Assembly: GCA_046290225.1 (NCBI GenBank)
Contig: JBKAGE010000037.1
Span: 160,001-224,000, forward strand
Direction of reading: 5' to 3'
DNA from: Bradymonadia bacterium
GTDB lineage: Bacteria; Myxococcota_A; Bradymonadia; UBA7976; UBA1532
DNA: 64,000 nt
Position 1 is the stretch's first letter, and each line of letters begins with the position of its first letter. The position numbers and the translations under genes were made by a program. The notes under the pieces are model-generated. The model did no database searches and was not told the DNA's origin. It worked only from the letters and a program-made list of their open reading frames with translations. Positions 48,401 to 55,278 of the stretch are shown piece by piece.

Positions 48401-48494
48401 GAAAAAGCCTGCGCCAAAACCCCCTGCGCCAAAACCCCCTGCGCCCAAGCCCGCAGACTCTGGCGACGATCTCTTCGCCAACCCCTTCGAGTAA
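45414..48494 (+). CDS. Membrane Ser/Thr kinase-like protein with PEGA domain and DPF-repeat tail
   Basis: NRYQI, GDIRPANIL, IIDLG, YRSPQQ, DDIYALG; TM helix; VVTDPAGAEV..TP; repeated DPFG; ends NPFE. Confidence 0.8.
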   Translation: MVLKVIKSQPTGGSGPSPNPSAEGELAEGFLIDNRYQILRRASRWTVGDTYLAHDLQFNETVVLVTPDCPPGQIAGFLQRMRIDAERTRPLHRGPVVTIRDTGLLGSGRPFFTLRHVPGTSLWRHIKSEGPLPTEVALRLFEALAHRIKQAHDIGVYLGDIRPANILLVEGADGVAPEIIDLGYARGLFEGVLSLPAPSPAYRSPQQRRRLPLSSGDDIYALGAVLYFMLTARPPRAGNTEDPNIMVGADMGEVVTPPSNVRSDLDFPMYVDQVVLTALATRPEERYRTISDVAHGVEGLMELFALSPKARAMLYNEGKEEETTMDVAPSYPATTGRGPQQAPHQPQQHRSPAGDPPTQPVFPAPQQSRDPHTAVFSRGPGGLTPATMTPATMTPAPGHQPNAAQHRPGSGTRPFEMNELARPATPSSPGEDVFQSVNAAWEQQESGHRESPGRQEVWSGGAASSGQGQHHDPPTRPLHPAQVSAALQGSNGVMGHPSGIQPMMPRMPQAPAPAPAAPQMPASMPPNVMPAPAPEPMPQAAQPEAAILPSLQEMALGAVPATEQVPVHEPVPDDHALQLAPARGHSASEKLPDREERITRAGQDPFSADPLRLESEPLAANAVPSPHRQPERRQRVAMGLVAVALLTAASLGGFLVMKKSRDKDQFLPPPEAGSMTGQNLPVTTASNTPPLSDPKNLAATPSALAGMDPLADAQKNGGAVAENPETPLEDGTDPNAETPVAAEDDRTVTLEVVTDPAGAEVVAVDTSELVCKQTPCTFDRPKEAAGNLVVRVSMQGREPIVRPLPLEKDNSFKLTLEPMVASAEASRPKSPRRSSTKGSNTRKTGVGTVSQSPSTAQVAAQPPTTPPTVAKPAGGDPFGSDPFGEDPFGDLGSPTPAAPTKTAPTVKKADPPKPTPAAPADDPFGEDPFGSDPFGDSAPAKADPPKVTTPAAKAPEKKTPAAKPPAKSADPFGEDPFGEDPFGDDPFAGSTPTKAVKKPAPKPPAPKPPAPKPADSGDDLFANPFE

Positions 48495-48653
48495 GAGGTC
48501 CTAACATAACGGCGGACCGAGTCAGGGAGGTGAGGCGCGAGTGAGGCAGTCGAAAGACCCACAGGCGGGCCCAAAGGCCCGTCGAGGACACTTTCGGCTG
48601 CATCGCGAAGCGCATCGCGTTCCTGGCGATGGGAGCAGTTGTGTTAGGACCTC
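48495..48653. mobile_element. 159-bp MITE with 12-bp perfect (15/16) terminal inverted repeats and TAA target duplication
   Basis: TAA(48492-94)|GAGGTCCTAACA ... TGTTAGGACCTC|TAA(48654-56). Confidence 0.8.
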
Positions 48654-48714
48654 TAAGATCCCGAAACAGTACAGCGACGGCCCGGCGAAGCCTCTTCGAC
48701 CTGATGCGTGCGCA

Positions 48715-51700
48715 TCAACTGTAGAGTGCGCTCAACTCCTCGAGCCCGGCGACCTCGAGAAACTCGAGGAAGGTCACCTTCAGCGCCAGTGATTCATCTT
48801 CGAGGCCCATGCCCTGGAGTACCCGACTCAAGGCCTCGTAGAACCCTCTGATCTCCGGCAGGCGCAGCGGATCGATGCCGATCTCGGGATCGATCTGCAG
48901 ATGCTCTTCGAAGAGATACATCAACTCGCCCACGTGGCCGACGTCGAAGGCCAGCTCACGGCTCTCGGCCCGGATCTTCAGATAGGCCTCATAATCTCCG
49001 AGGCCGAGCAAGTCGTCGAAGAGCTCGTGATACTCCTCGAAGAGCCGGTGGTGGTTGCCCAGGCTGCGGTTGATCGAGGTTGCCGTCTCTACAGCTGCGA
49101 GGGAGCGCCTCAACCAGTCGTGGAACGCAGCCTCGGTCTGTGCCTCGTCCGCTCGACGCCGGCAAATTTTGCTGATCTCGACAAAGCACTCGTCGATGCG
49201 GGTGGTGCCGTCCGGCATGCGAGCGAAGAGCCGTACACAACGCTCCACCATCTCGATGGCCTTCTCTTCTTTGGCCTCCTGCCGCGCCCGGGTGAGCAGA
49301 TGCTCGATGCGCATCTCCAAGCCCAGTGGGTCAACCCCGGGCAGTCGATCTTCCAACGCCATGAAGCGCTCTCGAAGCACCCGATAGCGATTGAGATCAC
49401 CCGCTGCCCGATACACGCCGCTGAGCAGTTCGCCCACTGTCTGCACGTGGTTCATCTCTCCAAGCTGCTCATAGAGCATCATGGCCTGCTCGAGATGGCT
49501 CTGGGCCTCTTCGGGGCGATCGCCGGCGTCGAGGAGCAGCTCGCCGAGGCGCATGCTCACGAAGGCCTGCTGCTCCAGGCTCAACGTGTGCCGACCGCTG
49601 TGCAGCTGATGGATGGCGGCATCGAGCAGAGGGGCCGCCGGCTCACCTCTACGAGCGCGCATGCGATGCTCCACCAGAGACAGCGTGATCTGGCCATAGG
49701 CGTCGCCCACCCGCCCATACGCCAGCTTTGCCCGGCCAAACCACGAGTGGCTGCTGCGGATCGCCACCGGCAGCTCTCGATCGAGAGCCTCGTACAGCGT
49801 GTCGGCGAGGACCTGGTCGAGTTCGAGCAGCTCGGCCATGGTGATCACCGATTCGGTGAGGCGCTCGGCGAGGTCGATGCTGAAGGGCCCAGATTCGAGC
49901 AGGTAGACCATCTCCATCAACCGGGGCGCCTGGGCGTCGCCATGGAGCGGCATCCAGCGCTCCAACAACTCTCCGAGACGCTCTCGAGCGTCATAGAGCG
50001 TGCCCAGGCGGGTGGTGAGCACCCGCAACATCGAGATGCGATGGCCCGAAGCCTGAGCCAGATCAGCCGCCCGCTCCATCACCAGCAAGGGGCGCTGTAG
50101 ACGCTCCTCCAACGGTGGCGGCTGGGGGCCCTGGCCCACCCCATAGAGATCGGGGGGGAAGAACTCTCCGCTCAAGGTATCGAAGTGGGCGTCGACGATG
50201 GACTGGATCATCTCCGCGGCGTAGGCCGAGAGCAGCTCTGCGGTATAGGGCAGTTCCTCCCACGCACTGGCCTGGTCGCAGACGGCCTGCAACAGCGTGT
50301 CGTGATCGGCATAGCCTGGCGCCATCTCGGTGACGCAGGCGAGTCGCTCGATGCGGGCCTTGAGAGCGGCTCGGGGGTTTTGACGCGCCTCCAGAGCGGC
50401 GATGATGCGGGGGAACACCCGATGGTGCAGACCCACCCACTCCCATTGCGCCACGGCCTCGGCCATCCAGACCAGAATGCTCACCCCACCCTCTCCAGGC
50501 AGGTACTCGAGCTGCTGGAACATCTCTTCGAGATAAAGTCGGGCGGCGCTCTGCTCGCCAGATGCGTAGCACACCTCCACCCGCACGCGCAGGGCCTCGA
50601 GCCGCGGCAAGGGCTCGGCCAGATGACCTGAAAGGGCCACAGTGGCTTCTGCCAATGAGCGGGCCTGAGCGAAGTCGCCGAGCACCTCTTTGAAACGGGT
50701 ACGCACCACCATCAACCGCACGTCGAGGGTCAGGAGCTCTTCTCGATGCGCTGGGGTGAGGGCCCCGTGCCATTGATCAGCCTTGGCCCGCTCCAGGTGA
50801 CCCTCCGCGGCGCTGAGGGCCATGTAGATCCGGTGACGGCGCTCCCTGTCTTCCCGACGCCCCTGGCGGCCGGCGAGATACGAATATCCGCCACTGGTCT
50901 CGAAGAGCTGCTCGGCGAGGCAGATGGCCGCCTCTGCGGCCTGTGCAGGCTGCTTGCCCTGAGCAAAGTGGACCGAGGCAGACCACAGATGCTCGAAGCC
51001 GGCCCTCAAGTGTCGATCTTTCCGGCGGGTCTCGGACCATGTCTCGGTGACATCGAGCCCGGGCCGCACCAGCGCCTCGGGCGTTCGGGCGCTGGCGCCA
51101 TCGGCCCTCAACAAGGTGCCGAGCTCACCATGAAGGCCCTGTCGGCTCTCTGCAGACAGCTCGGCGAGCAAGGTGGCGAGCACTTCGCCACTGATGAAGC
51201 TGAAATGCCCGTCGTTGAGCGGCCCCTCGGGCATCACTAGGCCCGTGGCCTGCATCGCCTGTACCCGCAAGCGCGCCGCCTCGCCAGGCACGCCCCACAC
51301 CCTCGACAAAAGGCTCAAGCTGAAACGGTGGCCCACCACAGCGGCGGTCTGCAGATCAGAGCGGATGTTGGCGGGCATCGAGATCAACCGCCCGGCGGCG
51401 AGGGCTCGGATGCCTTCGGCTTCGGGCCGAGACTCGAGATCGATGTCGGTGATGAGGCCGTCATCATCGCGCAGCAGGGCCCCAGCACGCTCGGAGATGG
51501 CCACGAGGGCGTCGAGCATGCGGGGGTTGCCTCCAGCGAGGGAGAGCACCGACTGTCGATATGCAAGGCTCGGCGCCCCCAAACGGGCGATGCGGGCCTC
51601 GAGGGCCGCCCCCATCTCGTCGTCGCCCCATGGCGAGAGCGGGATGATGGCTTCTGGCGACGGACGCCAGGGCTGCCCTGTGGACGCGTCGCCCGTGCGG

Positions 51701-52284
51701 AGCGGAGGTGCGGTGGCGATGACCACCAACAGCCTGTGCCCTTCGGTGTCGGCGAGATGCTGACCGAGCTGCTCGATGATACGGCGAGAGCGGCCATCGG
51801 CTCGCTGCGCGTCATCGATGACCAGCACCACAGGGTGATGGCGCGTGATGTCGAGCAGCAGCGAGGTACAGCGGGCCACAGCCTCGGCTTCTTCAGCCCC
51901 CTGAGCGCCGAGTGGAGCGCTGGCGGCGAGAAACTGCGCCCCAGGGATCAAGAGAGGCACCGGCCCCCCGAGCACTCGGCGGGGGCCATCTGCGCCGGGC
52001 TCAGCGCTCACCTCGATGGCCCGCACCCCCTCGGCCACCTGGGCCACGAGCTCTTCCACTAGGCTGCGGCCGTGTTTGATCTGGGGGCTCTGTTGTGGAG
52101 ACGCATCACATCGCGCACTCACCACCGCGGCGCGATCGCTGGGGTTGTCCACCACCTCGAGAAACCGCGACAAGACCACCGATTTACCGAGGCCCGGGGC
52201 CCCGATGAGATGCAACACCGCGCCTTGCCCCGCACGGGCCTCTGCCGCCGCGTGATGCAACAGCTCCAGGATCTCGTCCATCAC
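48715..52284 (-). CDS. STAND/AAA_16-type P-loop ATPase with long TPR-like C-terminus
   Basis: Walker A GAPGLGKS, Walker B VLVIDDAQRAD, GGNP, AAVVGHRF; helical repeats; no effector domain recognised. Confidence 0.8.
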   Translation of the reverse strand: MMDEILELLHHAAAEARAGQGAVLHLIGAPGLGKSVVLSRFLEVVDNPSDRAAVVSARCDASPQQSPQIKHGRSLVEELVAQVAEGVRAIEVSAEPGADGPRRVLGGPVPLLIPGAQFLAASAPLGAQGAEEAEAVARCTSLLLDITRHHPVVLVIDDAQRADGRSRRIIEQLGQHLADTEGHRLLVVIATAPPLRTGDASTGQPWRPSPEAIIPLSPWGDDEMGAALEARIARLGAPSLAYRQSVLSLAGGNPRMLDALVAISERAGALLRDDDGLITDIDLESRPEAEGIRALAAGRLISMPANIRSDLQTAAVVGHRFSLSLLSRVWGVPGEAARLRVQAMQATGLVMPEGPLNDGHFSFISGEVLATLLAELSAESRQGLHGELGTLLRADGASARTPEALVRPGLDVTETWSETRRKDRHLRAGFEHLWSASVHFAQGKQPAQAAEAAICLAEQLFETSGGYSYLAGRQGRREDRERRHRIYMALSAAEGHLERAKADQWHGALTPAHREELLTLDVRLMVVRTRFKEVLGDFAQARSLAEATVALSGHLAEPLPRLEALRVRVEVCYASGEQSAARLYLEEMFQQLEYLPGEGGVSILVWMAEAVAQWEWVGLHHRVFPRIIAALEARQNPRAALKARIERLACVTEMAPGYADHDTLLQAVCDQASAWEELPYTAELLSAYAAEMIQSIVDAHFDTLSGEFFPPDLYGVGQGPQPPPLEERLQRPLLVMERAADLAQASGHRISMLRVLTTRLGTLYDARERLGELLERWMPLHGDAQAPRLMEMVYLLESGPFSIDLAERLTESVITMAELLELDQVLADTLYEALDRELPVAIRSSHSWFGRAKLAYGRVGDAYGQITLSLVEHRMRARRGEPAAPLLDAAIHQLHSGRHTLSLEQQAFVSMRLGELLLDAGDRPEEAQSHLEQAMMLYEQLGEMNHVQTVGELLSGVYRAAGDLNRYRVLRERFMALEDRLPGVDPLGLEMRIEHLLTRARQEAKEEKAIEMVERCVRLFARMPDGTTRIDECFVEISKICRRRADEAQTEAAFHDWLRRSLAAVETATSINRSLGNHHRLFEEYHELFDDLLGLGDYEAYLKIRAESRELAFDVGHVGELMYLFEEHLQIDPEIGIDPLRLPEIRGFYEALSRVLQGMGLEDESLALKVTFLEFLEVAGLEELSALYS

Positions 52285-52336
52285 AACCTCTTCTCCCCCC
52301 TGTACTGCACTTCAGAACGCCGAGCAGGTCAACGCC

Positions 52337-54349
52337 CTACGTACCGATGATTTCGCCCTTGCCATGGCGAATGGCCACTACAGAAGGCCGCGGCGGGAGC
52401 GCTTTGTCAAAGTCAGGCCACCGGGTGTTGGGATCATCAAGGTGCGTGCCCTCTCCGGGGTGCTGCACCGAGACGAAGAGGGTGGTGCAGTCAGGGGTGA
52501 AGCACGGCCCGCACAGCTCGGCGCCGATGGGCACACGCATGAAACGGCGCGTGAGGGCCCGCTCCGGCCCCCTCACCGGGCAGGCATACAATCCGTCGGC
52601 GATGCCTGCGGTGTCGTTGGCAGTGTCGGTGGCCACCCAGAGACGGCCGTGCATGTCGAAGGCCCCGTTGTCCGGGTTCACCAGCCAGCCGTTCTCCGAG
52701 GTGTCAGGGTGGAAGCGGGCGTTCCACTTCTTCTCTTTGGGGTTGCCCCCGAGGAGCAACACATCCCAGGTGCACGTCTCCGAGACGTGATCGACCGAGG
52801 CGGCCCCTTCACCCTGACCCTTCGGGGGGATGATCTCCAAGATATGGCCCCCGAGATTCGGGCCTCGGGGGTTGGCGTCGTCAGCCTGCCCCGGCGTACG
52901 GCGGCGGTTTTGGGTGAGCATGACGTAGATCCGACCTGTGATGGGGTCGACCTCGACATCTTCGGGGCGATCCATGGGGGTGGCCCCCATCAACATCGCA
53001 GCCCGGCGGGTCTCGATGAGCACATCCCCCTGATCTTTGAAGCCGTTCTCTTCGGTGAGGGGGCCCTTACCGAAGACCAGCGGCAGCCACTTCATGGCAC
53101 CGTCGGCCTCGAATCGAGCTGCGTAGAGTACCCCGTCATCGAGGATCTGCCCGTTCGCCTTCCGATCTTCGGTGTTCACCGTGCCCGCGCTGACGAACTT
53201 GTAGACGAACTGAAAGCGCTGGTCGTCACCGCTGTAGATCGCCACTCGACCCGAGGCATCGTGCACTGTGGTGGCGCACTCGTGCTTGAAGCGCCCCAGC
53301 GCCGTGCGCTTCATGGGCTTCGACTCGGGATCGAAGGGATCGAGCTCTACGATCCACCCATGGCGATTGGGCTCGTGAGGGGTCTTCTCGATGTTGAAGC
53401 GCTCATCGGCCATGTACCAGTCTTTGGTGGTCTTCGATGGCCGCAAGCCGTATAGCTCGTGGTTCTTCGCCTCGTCACCGAGGGTGGCGTTGCCGCCAAA
53501 GTACTTCTGGAAGTTCTCCTCAGCGATGAGGGTGGTGCCCCATGGCGTCTGGCCACCCGCGCAGTTGGAGAAAGTGCCCAGAATCGCAGTGCCTTCGGGA
53601 TCAGCAGCGGTCTTCATGCGGCGGTGCCCCGCGGCAGGTCCGCTGACCCCCATGGGCGTGAGCGGGGTCAGCCGTCGGTTGTAGCGGCTGTCGAGGACCA
53701 CGGACCAGCCCTGCTCGCCAAGGGCCACCTCCACCAGGGTGTGGCCGTGGGCGAGCATGTCCACGGCCACCTGCTCTGACGTGAGCGCAGCGCCGTCATC
53801 CTTCCCCAGGCTCGGGAACATCAACGAGGGGTTGGTGTACTCGTTGTTGATCGACAGCAGGCCCCGGGTGCTCGACTTCGAGCCATAGGGCAGCGGGTGA
53901 AAGGCGATGAAGTCATTGTTGTACCCCATGCGCCGGCCCTGCTCTTCAGCAGTGAGCCCTGCGAGGTCGAGGGGTGTCATGCCTGCATGGATCGGATCGC
54001 CCCACCGCAAGAGCACCTGAGCGTTGTAGCCCTCGGGCACCGTGAGCTGCGCGTCGAGGGCGTGGGGCACCTCTTTGAAGGTGACCTTGGGTGCCGGCGC
54101 CAGCGACTCTACGGGCTGAGCTGGCGTGGCCGATGTGGCATCTCGCTGTGCTCGAGCCGCATCAGACGCCGGCTTTGGCGGTGGACTCGCGGGCTTGCCC
54201 GCTTTGTCCTGACACCCGGTGGCGAGGCCGCCCATCCCTGCGATGGCCCCCATTCCAGCGAGGCCGCCGAGCACGCCACGGCGGCTCAGGCGCGCATGGA
54301 TGAGGGTGGCGAGATCGATGGGCTGAGTCGAGGCGTCGGTGCGCTTCAT
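52337..54349 (-). CDS. phoX: PhoX-family alkaline phosphatase (Tat-exported, probable lipoprotein)
   Basis: SRRGVLG Tat motif; GYNNDF, NCAGGQTPWGT..EEN, GRFKHE, MDRPED, NPDN, ELCGP and VQHPG. Confidence 0.93.
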   Translation of the reverse strand: MKRTDASTQPIDLATLIHARLSRRGVLGGLAGMGAIAGMGGLATGCQDKAGKPASPPPKPASDAARAQRDATSATPAQPVESLAPAPKVTFKEVPHALDAQLTVPEGYNAQVLLRWGDPIHAGMTPLDLAGLTAEEQGRRMGYNNDFIAFHPLPYGSKSSTRGLLSINNEYTNPSLMFPSLGKDDGAALTSEQVAVDMLAHGHTLVEVALGEQGWSVVLDSRYNRRLTPLTPMGVSGPAAGHRRMKTAADPEGTAILGTFSNCAGGQTPWGTTLIAEENFQKYFGGNATLGDEAKNHELYGLRPSKTTKDWYMADERFNIEKTPHEPNRHGWIVELDPFDPESKPMKRTALGRFKHECATTVHDASGRVAIYSGDDQRFQFVYKFVSAGTVNTEDRKANGQILDDGVLYAARFEADGAMKWLPLVFGKGPLTEENGFKDQGDVLIETRRAAMLMGATPMDRPEDVEVDPITGRIYVMLTQNRRRTPGQADDANPRGPNLGGHILEIIPPKGQGEGAASVDHVSETCTWDVLLLGGNPKEKKWNARFHPDTSENGWLVNPDNGAFDMHGRLWVATDTANDTAGIADGLYACPVRGPERALTRRFMRVPIGAELCGPCFTPDCTTLFVSVQHPGEGTHLDDPNTRWPDFDKALPPRPSVVAIRHGKGEIIGT

Positions 54350-54464
54350 GAAGACCTCTGTCTGTGGTGCATCCTTTGAGGGTGCAGCAGCTCTTTCTCC
54401 TGCGAGTGGCCGGCAGTATGGTGCCCGCCACCGGAGATCTCAACGCACAAGGGGGTCGTGCCCT

Positions 54465-55241
54465 GTGGGTCCTGCTGCCGCCATCGCCGCCTTCGCCGCC
54501 ATCGGGGTCGGCTTCGCCTTTTTCTTCGAGTGGGGGGTGTACGCGCTCTTTGCCGCCCCCCTCATCGCCATCCCCGCCATTCGGAGCGGTCAGTCGCTGT
54601 ATCAGCGCCTCGGGTGGGTGGCGCTGGGCCTCGGCCTCACCGGGGGACTGTCGTACCTGACCTTCCTCAGCGCAGCCAACGTGAAGAGCCACGGCATCAA
54701 GAGCAGCGAGCGGTATGCTGTGGGCAACCTGCGGGCCCTGGTCATCGCTCAGGATCACATGCTGCGGCTCTACGACACCCCTGGCAGCCTCGCCCAGCTG
54801 CTCGCCCAGACACCTCTCGAAGATGGCCGAACGGTATCGAACATCATGTTGCCAATGAAGTTCGTGCCCAAGCACTTCGACCAGGGGCCTCGGAAGATCG
54901 CGGTCGCCCCCGTAGATGGCTACATGATCGCCATCTACAAGAGCGGTCACGACGGCGTGCCTGCAGGGGCCGGCAAACGCTGGATGGCCTACGCCTGGCC
55001 CATGCGCATCAACGCTACGGGGCTCAAGGCCTATTGCATCACCCCTGAGGAAGACATCTTCGAGACGGCGAACACCGAGCAACGCTACGAGGGCCTCGAG
55101 CGGGTGCCCGACTGGACTGCCTGCCTACAAGGTGGCTTCTTCGACCGACCGAAAGACGGCATCGCTGGAGACGGCGCAGAGTGGCACCGTTGGCGGGGCA
55201 AGGGCACCCGGCGGTCGAAGGCCGCCGATCAAAAGGGCTGA
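54465..55241 (+). CDS. Membrane protein with pilin-like/DUF2950-like C-terminal domain
   Basis: N-terminal hydrophobic helices, then SERYAVGNLRALVIAQ..DGY..AYAWP..TGLKAYCI; start uncertain. Confidence 0.5.
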   Translation: MGPAAAIAAFAAIGVGFAFFFEWGVYALFAAPLIAIPAIRSGQSLYQRLGWVALGLGLTGGLSYLTFLSAANVKSHGIKSSERYAVGNLRALVIAQDHMLRLYDTPGSLAQLLAQTPLEDGRTVSNIMLPMKFVPKHFDQGPRKIAVAPVDGYMIAIYKSGHDGVPAGAGKRWMAYAWPMRINATGLKAYCITPEEDIFETANTEQRYEGLERVPDWTACLQGGFFDRPKDGIAGDGAEWHRWRGKGTRRSKAADQKG

Positions 55242-55244
55242 TCT

Positions 55245-55278
55245 GCTCAGGGCATACTGCAGCTCAGGGCATACTGCA
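55245..55278. repeat. 17-bp exact tandem duplication GCTCAGGGCATACTGCA
   Basis: 55245-55261 is identical to 55262-55278 and covers the stop of the CotH gene. Confidence 0.85.

Noticed and set aside
55245..55278. 17-bp duplication as a mobile-element target site
   Set aside because: The copies are directly adjacent with nothing between them; slippage or an excision scar cannot be distinguished.
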